A DNA stretch of 64,000 nt from Antedon mediterranea (GCF_964355755.1 NC_092676.1:24012871-24076870); one strand, 5' to 3'; positions 40,110 through 54,600 are shown, counted from the stretch's first letter. The notes: a model not told the origin generated them from the letters alone. Translations and numbers: made by a program.

Positions 40110-42857
40110 TCTAGTGGAATTCAGTCCTATCCTATAACATTTTATAGCCAATTCACTTAAGTGGTCCTTTCTGTTATACAGAATTCTTGCGTCAATTTGA
40201 AGTTACTATACGTTTTATTGTCCGAAAACAAATCGTATCGATCCGGGTCGTTTAATGTACTTTGAAGACGAAGAAGAATAGCGCCTTTTGAAGTACAATC
40301 AAAGAGAGGGACAATGATACACAAACAAAGGTAACACGATCACGTTCGGTAGAATAATGCGATAGACCTACTCGCGAGATTGAATTAAATTTGGGTGCTT
40401 AAGTGCAAGTTTAGATACATAAATCATAAAATAAGTTTAGTCCTGGCGTATTACACGTGGACGCGTGCCCACGCGCGCCATGCCTCGACGAATACGGTTC
40501 TCATTTAATAATGGTCTCTATAAGTAATAGTGTGATACTCAAGGATTGAGTTAAATTTGAGTTTTGGTTTTCATCATACATTCGTACAATTAATGGTATT
40601 TAAAAATTATACATTAAAAAAAATACATCCACTTTAAACGAATTGTTCCAACTGGATACAGTAATCTTAGAAGTTTTTTTTTCGGAAATCATTTCATTCC
40701 ATTCAGCATACACTTTGATAAACATACATAACTAAGCATAGTACAAAGAGAGAAAAAATAGGCATATGACTAAATGTTTCGAGAACAAAAATCCCCAAAA
40801 CTTGAAGTAGGCCTATCCGTTTTATTGTGTTTTTTGTTTTAGGTTTTTTTTGCGATCAATGATAGTATATTAGGCATATAATATATTTATTACATTATCT
40901 TGACCAACAGTGTCTGTGCTTAAACGATAAGTGGTCAAGTATTACATTCTAATATCCATATGTAAAGCATGTAGCGCCTACATGAAGTCTTCGTTTTATC
41001 CACAATGATGTAAGAGGAGATTTTGGAACTAACTTTTTAAAATGAATGCCGCCCTCTCTAATGTATAACGCATGACTCGTCAACATCTTCAATATATCGA
41101 AGAAGTTGACGCTCATAAAGCGATTAGGGCCTCGGTAATACAGTATTAATCAATATAATATGTTAGCATGGTACCTTATTTCATTTAATTATATAATATT
41201 GTGGCCTATAAGAAAAAGGTATTTTCATATTTATATGTATTAATTTCGTTTATGAGAAGTTCTTGATGTTCTGTGTAGTATACGTCCACAACAATACCAC
41301 CTATATCTACCTACAGTCATTTATTTACCAATTATTCATTTAGGGAAAAACGAAACTCCAATTTTATTAAGTACAAAACTAATTTACTTACCGTAAAGCT
41401 CTATTATAATCGAATATGATTAGTTTCACTATCGCATACATTGTCTGTTGCTATTGTTTTGTAATGAAGTGTTTCATCAGAAAAAAAACAATCATTTCCA
41501 AATAAACCTACACATCGTTCCATGAATTGTCTAAATTAAATATCTTTTTTAAGTTTTCCTATAGAAAAATGTTTCAGCATTATAATTATTCTGTTTAAAA
41601 TATGTTTTTTCTTTTTTCTGTTTTTTTTTTTTATTAATTTGAATCATAATAGTATGTAGTGCGTTATATACTGTATAGTATAGTATTAGTAGGACTACTC
41701 CCAAAAAAATATGCGCTACTGTATTTTAAATTGGGGATTTCCCTTTTTTCTGTTTTGAAAGTTCTCTTTATTTCCGGTGGGGGCGGCCTCTATCCTCGCA
41801 CCCAGAAAATAATTACAAAGGATTATGGGAAAAAACAATGGCCGCTACTTGTATTGAGTAGATTTCGCTACAAAAATATGAATGTGTAATGAACATTTTG
41901 ATATTAATGCGGTTATAAATGGCACAGGATGTAGTGAAGGTACAATTTTAAAAGATGAGAGTGTTAATTTTTTGCAGCTACTTTTTAAATACGTTTTTCA
42001 GACGTAGTTTATGAAATAAGCCTGCGAAGTCTCGCCTGTCTCCCGGTTTGAAGTCGACTAAAATTTTAGAGCACAGAAGACGACAGGGCAGCCAACTCCA
42101 TCACCGCTTTGTTGTGTCAACTGATGGTACTGGTTTTTTAAGAGAATATAACATCACAAGAAATATTTGATATTTTTTCATTACATTTTTCGGGGATTTC
42201 AAATGTCTGTTTTGTTTGTGTTTAATATCGAAATTTAACACAGTTTTTGTGATTAAAATTGATCTAGAAAAAAGCAATTGCAGAGAGAGTACACAACAAC
42301 ACTACAGCAGGCTATAAATAATAAAATAAAGGACAGGCCTAGCTTACAATTTGTAGCTTTTTCGCTTTGGCTTCTATAGTTATAATGGTAATTTCAGTTG
42401 AATATACAAACATGCAAAATTTGGATAATAATGAATGGATCGAGACAACACAGGAATAAAATACAGTTGTATTTGTAGTAATTAAAAGGATTGATTTAAC
42501 TTATTTTATAAGAATACCTCATCGACCAGAAGAATTCATAGAATTTGTTGAGGAATTGTGTTTGTACTGTACATTACATATTTATTTTGTATAGGGGCTT
42601 ACAATTTTTGGAAGTTATTTACATATACAAAATAATAAAATTTAAATTATTTCTTTTTAACAGCAGCATACTTGTAATTAGCGAAATTGTGGAAGATGGT
42701 GTTTCCGCCACAAAATTCTCGGTTTTAACCATATTTGGCGCAATACTGGTAGTAGGAAGCAATAGGATAAAGAAAAGCGTGTATTAGTCCCCGTAGACTA
42801 ATCTATTTGATATCAAGATTTGTCTGTGGATATATATAATTCAACCAAGTGGGAACT

Positions 42858-43094
42858 ATGATGTGCGATGTGATGCCAACTATTTCTGAAGACGCAACAA
42901 GTCAGCGGGGCTCAATGTATGGGGACGACGCCAACTTTGAGCAGCTGATGGTCAATATGCTTGACGAGAGAGATAAACTTATGGAAACCTTGCAAGAAAC
43001 TCAAGAAGCTCTCGGAAATTGTGAGAATCGTTTGAGCGATGTTGAACGTGAACGTGACATGATACAGAAGCAGCTGACCTCAAATCTGCCACAG
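42858..43094 (+). CDS. PPFIA: Liprin-alpha (PPFIA family), first coding exon; downstream exons lie outside the window
   Basis: MMCDVMPTISED...ANFEQLMVNMLDERDKLMETL...IQKQLTSNLPQ is the conserved liprin-alpha N-terminus. It ends at a phase-0 donor CAG|GTAAGT. Confidence 0.93.
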
Positions 43095-43665
43095 GTAAGT
43101 GACCTTAAATTTACTGCAGTAGATTCAAACTTGGAGACTGATAAAAGTGATAGTATAAATTGAAACATTTTCTAAATTTCATGACAATAGTCTGTGAACA
43201 AAATTAGTACTGTGGGAATGTGTACTATATTGATCATTCGACTTCAGGGACACTTAAAAAGTGAAAGTAAAGACAATACACACTCACTCATTGTAGTAAA
43301 GAGAAATTTGACAAATCTATTTTCATCCTCATAAATTAGAAATTGAAGTATACTGGTGATAGTGTTATCATGAATATGGATTTTTCCATTGACCTTGAGA
43401 ATGCCTCATGAATATGTGAAACTTGATAAACCACTTTTTTATGTATGTCGAATAATAGAATCATTTTTGTAGTGGTTGAGTTATCTTTTTACACCACTAT
43501 CTATATATGTCTATAAATGTTTCACTATGGTTTAAAATACAGTTAGTCTTTTAGATACTTGTTCCTAAGTATCTGAACTTTATTTATTTACAAATAGTTT
43601 CTTTCCAAGAGCTATTAGAGCCTTGAACATCATGTAGGACACTTTTTGAAATGTCTTTGTTTTAA

Positions 43666-43993
43666 CACTTTGACTGCCAGAGGTTTTTCCAGTTAGAAAC
43701 TGCCACCGCCAGCGTTTATAGCCCAATTCGATGTTTTTATTAAAGCTGATTGAAACTATGTATGTGATCTGATTTACATGTAATTTAGACTAAAATAATC
43801 ATAAAGATTTTAGCTTTACAATGGTACCAAGAATGATTTTCAAATCGCAATATGTAAATCGTAATAGTAAAATGAAAGTAACCCACTTTTTTAGTTTTTC
43901 GTAGTTTCGCGCAAGAAAGTCGAGATATTCGCGTTTGGCAGTCAAGTGTTGTGTTTCCAAAAACGAAGATCTTCGTGTTTGGCAGTCAAGGTT
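43666..43993. mobile_element. piggyBac-type MITE
   Basis: TTAA|CACTTTGACTGCCA ... TGGCAGTCAAGGTT|TTAA, with an extra internal TIR copy near 43936. Confidence 0.7.
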
Positions 43994-44831
43994 TTAAGTA
44001 TGTGTTGTGTTAAGTATGTGTTGTGTTAGTTCTGCCAACAGAGCAAACAGAATTTCTATGTTTTTTTCTTAAAACAAATGACAATAAATGATACTTGACT
44101 TTATTATATTTTAAAGAAACTCAGTTTAAAGTTGTATATTTATACTGTACCTACAGTACTTTGATACTGTTTTCTTAGACTTGTTTAAGCTCTTTTTTGT
44201 TATTCCTGGAGTCATGGCTTTCATCATAGAACCGTGTGCTTCTTTGTTGAGCCTACACTCATCAAGCATTAATCATTATCAGTCAGAGTGAATCACCCAA
44301 ATTGTCTTCTTTTTTACTTACTGCAAATATTGTATGCCTACAGTATACAGTCCGTACAGAGAAAACATTTTTTGTTAAATTAATTTTTTAGCAATATTGA
44401 TATCAAATGAATAGTTTTGAAAGATAGTTCTGTATTTTTTTTGTATAGTTTGTGCTATTTAATAGCATACTACCGGTATGTGTATTTTTTTGATATAGCT
44501 TTTTGCTATGCTACAGTACACTGACGAAATTCTTCCACTGTTATGCTTACTTTACAATACGGTCCAGTGTAGTTTATATAGAAAACTTTCATTCAAACAG
44601 TGTATGTTTAATATGGTAGCTAGTACGTAGTACAGTCCTGATGGACAGAACAACAGTATACCGGGTTATACTGTACACTTGCTTGCCATTTGTCTACTGC
44701 CACAAAGTACTGTATAAAAGCTCCCTATTCACTGGCTATCAGTAGATCCCTGGCAGGTGGTAAACAATGTTATACTGTAAAGACAAATGATAGAAAATGT
44801 TTGATTTATTATTAAGCTATTCCATGATATA

Positions 44832-46718
44832 CAGTACAGATAATAAATACTGCAACATTTGGACGCGTAGACTACGTTTCGTACGCGTGGCAACTTCGTA
44901 GGTTTCGCGTGGCGTAATCTACGCAAGCTAACATGCTACGCGTAGTCTACGCGTAGCCTACGAAGCGAGAGCTAGGAGGGGAAATTCCAATGTTCAGATT
45001 ATTGTGTACTGTGCTGCTGCACCACACACGGAATTGGTTAACGAATTTGAATACTAGTTTTCATCAAATTTAAAATGCGTGTTAATTACTGTGAAGTAAT
45101 AATAAATGTATTAATATTAGTATTAATTACTGTGTGTTGGTTGTGTTAAAATGGGACATTTATTTTTATGAAAGAAGTGTGTACAAGAAGTGTACATCTA
45201 TCACCGATCGGCCAACGTACGGCGGTCGTCGTATGTTTGTGTGAAATGGCCTCCGGCTAGGCCTAGCTAGCTAGCTAAAAAGGTAGGGTTACCGGCGTAC
45301 CTACCGACAGTTTAATTTTAAAATATGTGGTACGCCTATAGTACTTATAGGCCTACTTAGTAGTAGTATTGTATGATAATCCATACTGTGTACAAGCGTT
45401 AAATACGATGTACATGGCGTGAAAATGTGAAATAATGTGGTATAGCCTAGGTGACAGAAGGATATTTCCTCGATACGACAGTTTTCGCCGTGAAGCTGCT
45501 GTTTACCCACGTGTGTGTATCGCGCAGTACAACTCTACTGTCTGAACTATGTTTGTTTACTAGGCTATAATGAACGATGTTTCGTTTTAAAAATGCGTTT
45601 AAATGACATATTACGCTTATTTAGTACTATGATGGGATAATATGAATTGTTTAAATACTGTAAATGTCAAAATAATAGAATACAAATACGATATTATTTG
45701 CGTATTATTTTTGTTCCAACGGAAATCGAGACGGATCACTCCATTCGTAATTCATTCGCCCAGTGTGTTTATATCCACGTGTTTATGATCCGCGGATGGA
45801 TACTCTCTCTGAACTGTACTTTTATGTTTTGATTTTAACCTTCAAGTTAGTGAAGTTCAACTTTTATTAAATAAAGTCTTGCATATTTCCTAACCCTAAA
45901 ATGTTAATTATAATTTATTTTTATTTATAACTAAAATAACATTTATTTAAATACTATCTTATTTATTATCGCGCATGACTAAAAAAAACAAAACAACAAG
46001 ATCAGGCAAGCACATGTTATGTGTCCTCCGATCCTCCTCCTCTCTGCTGATGACGATGGTCTAAACGACCTGTAACTTGACCCTTCACCGATCCTCTGCT
46101 GCAGTTTGTTACAATAGCTAATAATGGAGTTTGATGACGTACAGTTGCGACAGTTTCAAACCTGTATATTTTTTTGTTTAAATGAAACATACTGAGTACT
46201 GTATTAATTACTTATAAAAAATTAACTTGCAATTTTAGGCCTACTACTAATACTATTACTATGGAAGGTAGTCATAATAACGGCCCGTCATCAATTCATT
46301 TTGTACACTAGCCTGGCCGCCGATGCCGATGGTGAATGTACAGCAGTCAGCAGTAGGCCTAGTTAATTAGACTTTTCGCGTCTAGCCTAGGCTTTGAGCA
46401 ATTTTAATTGCTATTTTCTTTAGAAAAATTTGAATTTCAAGCATGTTTAATAATGATGATGATATTATTGTATTGGCGAAACAATCGTATCATTTCTATT
46501 TATTCGAACTGTTCGTAGCCTGCTAAGCCGTCGACGATGTACTTGTACACAGTTGAGTTTGGGGAATTCCCACACACAGTTGATCACAACGTAAGCTACG
46601 AATGCTACGCGTAGCCTACGCACTACGAATGCTACGCCACGCAACCGCCACGCACCCGCCACGCGTAGACTACGTTACCTACGCGTGGCAAATGTTGCAA
46701 TAGTTTTTATCTGTACTG
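44832..46718. mobile_element. Non-autonomous TIR element, CAGTAC family member A (1887 bp)
   Basis: TA|CAGTACAGATAATAAATACTGCAACATTTG ... CAAATGTTGCAATAGTTTTTATCTGTACTG|TA. Clusters of CTACGCG/CGCGTAG subterminal motifs occur at both ends. No transposase ORF. Confidence 0.8.
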
Positions 46719-49200
46719 TAGACCATCCAACTTTCACCAATTCAGAAGAAACAATCCTCCATTGATAGTGTTTTTTACAATGAACAGATGTGAAGAAGAC
46801 ATAAGTTAATTATGTTAATTACTGGGTGTGTCATGATCAATATACTGTATTAAGATGGGCGGAGCTACTGTAGGTGAATCACCCTGCCAAGTTTCACATA
46901 CCGGTACAATTTCTACCACTTGATGTAAACCTGTACTAATCTTATTTCTAAAACTAGACTGTATTTTGTTTGTGTATAATTTGCAATGCATTCACATTTT
47001 TACACAAAAAAAAAAAATATATATACCATCGATTTGGCATATATTTTTATTGTGTTGTTGATCATTTACGTGCTACTGTATTATTATAAATTATTAATGC
47101 AGTACGCTATAAAACTCTTAGATTCTCACTTCAGATTTGTCAGTAATTTGTTATGTGTTTTCTTCAACATACAGATGACATTATTTTATCTGACGTAAAA
47201 ATAAGCTTAAACTCGTGACCTACTGTAGTTTGCCCGAAGCAGACATGTTATTTCTCTTTGTCACTGGATTACATTATACTGATGTAATCGTTTAATATCA
47301 TAATATAGACAAACTTCAGTAGATCTTATCACAGCATGTTTCATTTCAACTTCATATAACAAATTAAGTATTTTAGAAAAATCAGCACAAGTTGAATGAA
47401 TTGTACTTCCAAAATTATCATGTGTACTAGTCAAAAATCATCAAATAACAGATCTAGAAACTGTAAAAAAAACAACAAAATATACAGTATTTGTACTGTA
47501 TTTGTTTTTGATTAATAAAAGTGTATTGTTGTATAAGACTATGCCTACAGTACATTACACTGTAGGCCTATAATACTGTATTGTAGTGGCAAAGAAGAAT
47601 GTGTTGAAAAATTTAAAAAAAAATCCTTGCACGGCCGTTAATATATTAGCCTACATCTTGATGATCTATAGGTTCATTAAATTTATTCATTGTGTTCTTA
47701 ACAGTATTTTTTTTATGAGAAATTATACAAAAGAACTCAATATTTATGATTATATAAAAAGAATTGATCCAATGATAATAAGAAGTTTGCATTTTATAGA
47801 GATATGAAATTATAATTATTTCCGGTTGCGTGCACCAAGAAATTGTCCTCATTCCTGCACTCAACTCGCTGACGTAATTCATCCTATTCCAATGTTATAA
47901 AATTTATCTAGACAATTTAAATATTATAGTTGTTATACAGTATTTCATGATACGAATAATTGTCAGAGGGAATCGCTCCAAAGATTGATTTGAAGGCCGT
48001 AGCTAAAAAGCTGTAATGCTTAGCGAGGCATAGTTTTACCATGCTTCATCGCATATTATCGATCACCGTTCTCAACAAGACATTGCTAAGAAAATATTGA
48101 TATGATATTACAATGATTCTTGATTTATATACAGCACCATATGATTACATTGCTATGTCTTGGAACACAAATTACTAATTTTCTAAACTTAAAATAAAAG
48201 CATTGTATGTTTTAATTACATTTTATAACAATTATAACATGTTATTTTTTTCATTTATTTTCCAAAAGTTTCATTACAATACATTGGGCAAAACATTTGG
48301 AAGGCATGAGTTATTCATGAATGGACTGGATTTGAGAAATTCATTTTATTCATAAAAATAATATACATACTGTACTATAGTACTACTAAAAAACTACTAC
48401 TAATAATATTAATAAAATACACTGTAGGGTGCTAATTATTTAAAAAAAATTAATAATATTTATTATCATGTTACTACTACTAAATGTACTAGTGTAAAAA
48501 AGTGATAAAAATGTGTGTAAATATATTTTATACCCCAGAGTGGGAACTTTAGTAATGTGTTCTCAGTGTGACTGTGAAATAATAATTTTTAAACAAATAG
48601 TTTTAATTCATTACAAATTGATATTATATTTATGTAAATAACAGAGAAATTCAAATTTTTTTGATACATTAAAATGAATTACTAATCGACCTACAACTTA
48701 AGTCATTAGATCAAATTATGTTGATAATCAGGCAAAATATTTGCCTGTGGTGAGAATTACCATAAATTACAGTATAATGCTAGGGCTGTCACTGTTCACT
48801 ATCTACTGTATTATTTTATACAGCGCTATAAATGAATATTAATGAGCTCTCACTGATTTTAATTTTACTGTTGCTAGAACTTCATTTCTTTTGCTTATTT
48901 AAATTATTATTAAAAGAAATCATGTACTATTATGACACCTACCAAACTTCTTAGTTAAAATCAATATAGTAAGGCATTAACTGAAATATATTTCATTTGG
49001 ACAAAAAAATTAATGTGAACTCTGACCTACAAGTATTAAAATTAAAATTTGTTTCTAATAATAATTGACTTAATACTGATTTGATATTTTGCATGTATAT
49101 TGCATGTACATATTAATGTGTATTATTTATTTTTTCTTTTAGAAAATTATACCGATTAGAAGTAGTACTACTGCACATGCTGTACTCATTTTAAAATATA

Positions 49201-51302
49201 CAGTACCAGCGAGAATTACTGCCCAATTCGGACGCGGCATGAATACGTCCATGACGCGTCCACTTCGCGTCCATTATATCGACGCGTCTGACGTGATTTG
49301 ACCTTAGACCAACGTCCTTTGTGTTTGAGCTAACCGGGAGCTAACCATGCCGGTGTTAACGTAAACAAAAGCTCCGCATTGTTACTGTACTACAGTTATA
49401 TTCTGTACGATGTTTCTAAACCCGTGAAAACCTGTATTAAACGAAATGTATTTTATACTACAGTAGTTAATAACATGCAAAAAAAACCTCTAAAAAACGA
49501 ATTAATGAATAAGTGCGTATACTGTAGATACCAGTTCATTAGTACTACAGCTTACTATATGGGCAAGAAAGACTGATTTTTTGTGAGTAAAATTATTATC
49601 GGATGTCAAAAAACTTCTTTGGCACGCCGCCTAAAAAGAAACCGCTGAATGAGACTTGCGGGAAATGCAGTGCTAAAACCACGTGTGCCTGCCATGCAGT
49701 AAAACCACGTGATAGCATATTTACCAAACTCGAACGTTCGGCGACTAGACCCGAGTGTGTGAAAATATGTGCTTTCGCTGTCCGAGCGAAGCAATGAATT
49801 GTGAGTATCGAATGTCAAAAAACTTCTTTGGCACGCCGCCTAAAAAGAAACCGCCGAACGAGACTTGCGGGAAATGCAGTGCTGAAACCACGTGTGCCTG
49901 CCATGCAGTAAAACCACGTGATAGCATATTTACCTAACTCGACCGTTCGGCGACCCGAATGTGTGAAAAATAGTTTGCTTTCGCTGTCCGAGCGTAGCAA
50001 TGAATTTTATATACTAATTAAAAAATTGACACATTGTAATGGACAAAAATGGTGCAGTACATGTAGTTTTGTAACACTATATAATATCCTCAATCTATTT
50101 TTAAAATTAAATTCTAGCACCCGCCCTTTGCTTTTTTGTTTTAAATCGCTTTTGTACCAAGCCTTAATGCCTTTGTGTTGTTCCGTATCCTATTGTCTTT
50201 TTCTATTCAGTGTATCAAATTGTAACACCCGCCCTTGTTTTTTTGTACCAATTTTGGGGTCTAAGCATAGAGATATTATAGTGAACTTGAACACTATAAT
50301 ATCTCTTAGACCCCAAAATTGGTACAAAATAACATTAACTAAAAAAATATTATTACAGTCATTATTACAATTATACAAACACTGTAATCTTAACATGATC
50401 AGAGAGGAACATCATTATAGCGTAAAAAAAAATATTTCTTAATATTTATAAGCAAAGCGTACACAGAATGCCTAGTGTTGTACTGTACGTCATCAACAGG
50501 GTCATCAACCCGCTTTTCAGCAGCGGTAGAACATGATTGCAATATTGCTGGGATCCAATGGAGTAGAAAAATATCACGTGCTCTTTGTTGCGCGCTATGA
50601 CGACCATGGAGATATAAATTGACAGTGTACAGTACATACTGTAGGCTACATGATTTTGTTGAGCCTTCTTCCACAGTTTTAACTCATCATATTACATTTA
50701 AATATAACTTATTTCTCTATGATCATATCAATAATTCAACATGAAATAGAGGCCTCGTTATTAAAAAAATATTCTTCCATAAAATGATTCATATGAACAA
50801 AATATACTGTATCATGACGATGATTATTGATCGAGTACGCTAGGCCGATCTCAGGCGGTGGTGTACGTGCTAGACAGTGAACCGGCCGGCTAGATCACAC
50901 GGCGGGCTAGCGATGGATATAGACACAGTTTCGCACGAAACTGGCTTTTTGGACGAATTATTCGGCAGATGGAAATAAACACAACACACACAAGTCGTAG
51001 GCTAACTTTATTTATTTTTAAATTATATTGTTTGTGAATGTGAAAGTATTTTATAAACAAACACCAATACAGCCGACCCTGCTCAACAGTCAGGCTTAGT
51101 TTTCCGATGTCATTTGAATATGAATACGGTCGGTCGCGAACAATAACAAAAACAGACTCAGGTAGCGAGGTCACGGCCCGCCCGACGAAAGCGCGTCCAA
51201 ATCATTGGTTTAGTTTATGAATGGACGCGTCGTGGACGCAAATTGGACGGACACTCGACGCGTCCGTCGCGTCCAAAAAGGGGCAGTAATTCTCGCTGGT
51301 AC
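49201..51302. mobile_element. Non-autonomous TIR element, CAGTAC family member B (2102 bp), flanked by a 52-bp direct repeat
   Basis: TA|CAGTACCAGCGAGAATTACTGCCC ... GGGCAGTAATTCTCGCTGGTAC. Subterminal motifs are GGACGCG/CGCGTCC. Sequence 49149-49200 is repeated at 51303-51354. Confidence 0.82.
49603..50004 (+). repeat. 209-bp tandem duplication inside element B
   Basis: ATGTCAAAAAACTTCTTTGGCACGCCGCC begins at 49603 and again at 49812. Confidence 0.9.
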
Positions 51303-51618
51303 ATACCGATTAGAAGTAGTACTACTGCACATGCTGTACTCATTTTAAAATATAGGTACATACAGTAATTAAACAGGTTGATACAGAAACAAATTACCTA
51401 TAAAAATTCCTGAAATGAAACAATGATTATACAGCTGTTTGTCGGTATGAATAAAGAATTTATGATATATAGTTGTCATTACATTAATAATTACATTATA
51501 TTAACACAACATCCAAACAATAAGTAAAGTCTTTGAGGAAGAGTATCTTAGGTTATGAGACGATATGACTATCTTGTTAATTAAGTAAACAAACGTGAAC
51601 ATAGCATATTTTCTTATA

Positions 51619-54600
51619 CAGTCAACTCTCCCAATACCGGACACCCTTGGGCGGGCATATATTTTCCGGTTTTTCGAAATTCCGGTTTCCTGAAAACATA
51701 TTTTTGAAGTTATCACGTTGTCACTGAAAATGCTTGAATCACCGGTCCGAATGCTGCCCGGTACGCGGTCTAGCGTAGGGGAGGCCTAGGCCTAGGCTAT
51801 GATTGTGTCAAGCTACTGTAGTTTGAATTAAATAAATACTGATACAGTAGGCCTAGGCCTACTTTATTAATATTAAGCTAATTTAATTTACCTTTTTTAA
51901 AAGTTACATTATGTACCCATAAAACATGTTACAGTAGTAAATTATTGTTTCTCAATGTGTTTTTAACGGCAAATAGGCCTAGGCCTACGTACGTACGGTG
52001 AACATAATTTCGGTCTGTTTATTGTTTTTCGTTCGCGAGCTCTAGAGATAGCAGCAGCAGCATGCAGCATGTTTGATAAAAATAGGAGAGCGCGGATTTG
52101 ATTGATGCGCATGTGCAGCGGTGTCATAATCAAATAAAAACGCCCACATCTAGACCACATGTTTTTTAAGCTCCTTTATTTTGACGTAATTTGATAGCAA
52201 TGATGAAAATTGATTAGGTAAACGAGCCAAGCAATAATGACACAATAATTAATTGGTAACATTTCAAAGTTTATTTACACTATAAATTTAAAATTAACAA
52301 ATTATGGCAGACATTTACATTTTATCAGATTTTAAACCAATCATCTAAAGACGCCTGTTTGGAGTTTCTGCATTTAATTAAAATTTCTTTCTCCATAATT
52401 TCCGTTAATTCCTGAAGTTGTTGATCAATAATTTCAAAATGATGTGCCTTTGAACGAACACCGTGCCTAATTTGACCAATCATAGATAACATTTCGCTAA
52501 AAGATAAAGTTCTAAAATCATCAGTGTTTTCATCCTCTTCGCCTTCTGGTTCATCATCAGCAATCACTGGTTCCTTGTCACCATTATAGATCCTGATTAG
52601 TTCATGTTCCCATTCATCGCTAATTTCTTCTACCGGAATTAAATTATCAATGTTTATGTATGTTTCTACGTCTAAATTAGTGTCTATCTCTCTAACCAAT
52701 TCTCGAATCTCTCCTTCCACCATGTCTACATTATTGTCGTCAATCTGGGTATTGTTCAAACAGTTAAATCCACAACGGTTAAAGCATTTAATTATTGTAG
52801 TTTCTGATGTCTCTCTCCATGATGTTGCTGTCCAGTTTACTGCATCCAGAACGTTAGTTTGTTTTGTGATGTTGCTTGCTGATTGTGCATCATCAACTTT
52901 CGCTAAAACACTCCGCAACAACTTTGCTCTGTAGCGACTTTTAAACGCTTTAATTATTCCTTGGTCAAGCGGTTGTAAAACAGACGTTGTGTTTGGTGGT
53001 AGGAACGCAAGCTTGATGTTGCTCTTCTCTAATCCAACATGAGAGGAGGCGTTATCAAGAAATAATAAAATATTTCTACCCTGAAACCTCATTTGATTGT
53101 TTAAGTCCGTCAAATAATCATCAAACAACGCACCAGTCATCCAGGCTTTTCTGTTAGCTTTCCACACTACGGGAAGTCGATCTTTCTTTATGGTTTTAAA
53201 GCATCTTGGGTTTTCAGCACGTCCGATAATCATTGGTTTAAGCTGAAAAAATAAATAACGAACATGATTAAAAAATACAGAAAAAACAACATTTGAATTT
53301 TAAGAGGAAACGAGATCTTTTTATTGATGCTTTTTATTTAAGATATTTAAAAGCGGATGGTGCTGCTGTTTTCAAAGGTTTCATATGGACATAAGACAGA
53401 CGAAAATAACAAAATCTTATGATGTACAAAAAATAAATAACATGGCTCTAAAATCTGACAAGATTTACATGAAAAACAATAAAGAAAAAAAACAACGCAT
53501 AAACGATGCGCACATGACTGATTGCATGATGTGATGCGGATAGACAAAATAAATGATTAAAAATAAAACGAAAAACGTACCTTTTCACCAGTCATACTGC
53601 ATGTGAACATCACTGTTAGTCTTTCTTTAGAAGATTTCACTCCTTTAACGTCATCATGCTTTTCAGCTAGTGTCCTGTCCGGTAATGCACGGAAAAACAG
53701 ACCAGTTTCATCACAGTTAAAAATGTCCTTTGGTTCATAACCAACGCACAGTTCGGCAATCTGTTCTTTCCACTGTGTTACAACTTCCTGATTAACATCC
53801 CCTCTTTCTCCGCAGATAACCAATTGTTTTATGTCATGTCTCCTTTTCCATTTGGTTAACCATCCATCAGATGCTTTGAAGTCCACAATGTTCAATTCCT
53901 CTGCAAATTGCTCTGCCTTTGCCTTTATTAAGGGTCCACTAATGGGGATATGTTTATCCCTAGCAGTTCTAAACCAAACTAACATAAGCTGGTCGATGTC
54001 CGAAAACTTAGTTTTGATCACTCTGAATTTTGTACCTTTGCTGACTTCCTTCTTGCTCCGATATTTATCCTTAGCTTTCATAATGTCATAGATCGTTGAT
54101 TTTCCAAGCCCATACTTTTTCGTTGCTTCCATTACTTTCATTCCACCTTCTACATCTGCTATCAATCTAATTTTCGTAGTTAAGTCAAGTTCATTTCGTT
54201 TACGTTTTGCCATGATGATTTCCAAATTTATAATGATGCACATTTTTAGTTAAACTTTTAAAGTCTTATTGCAATTGTGAATTTAACAATAACTTAAACA
54301 AAACAAAGACACAAAGTGAAATGTAAATTGAACTTTATTAAAAACAATTCATATGCTAAAAACCAGGGAGTTGTTTTAACAACTGCTAAAAACAATAGAC
54401 ATTAAGACATAGCGCTTCGATGTGAGAAAGCCCACCGCAGTTCGATACGCAACAAAGCAATTGCCGCCTCGTGGGTTAACAATGAACTGACCTGTCAATC
54501 ACAGTCTAGCGCTCCATGGCAACATTATTTGATCGTACCGCGAAACGTCGCGCACTTCATGCATGGTCAGGGTGTGGTTAAAAGCTTTTGTACGTTGTGA

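Noticed and set aside
28277-43094. Conserved FADD-PPFIA1-like synteny
   Set aside because: The neighbouring death-domain gene is DTHD1-like with no death effector domain, so it is not FADD.
49918-50442. 174-aa ORF as the transposase of element B
   Set aside because: It has low-complexity AT-rich composition, no catalytic motif and spans a hairpin and a repeat junction.
53243-53580. Tigger transposase as a broken pseudogene (two ORFs)
   Set aside because: The gap has GT-AG ends, and its removal restores the conserved GEKLKP motif in frame, so an intron is the better explanation.
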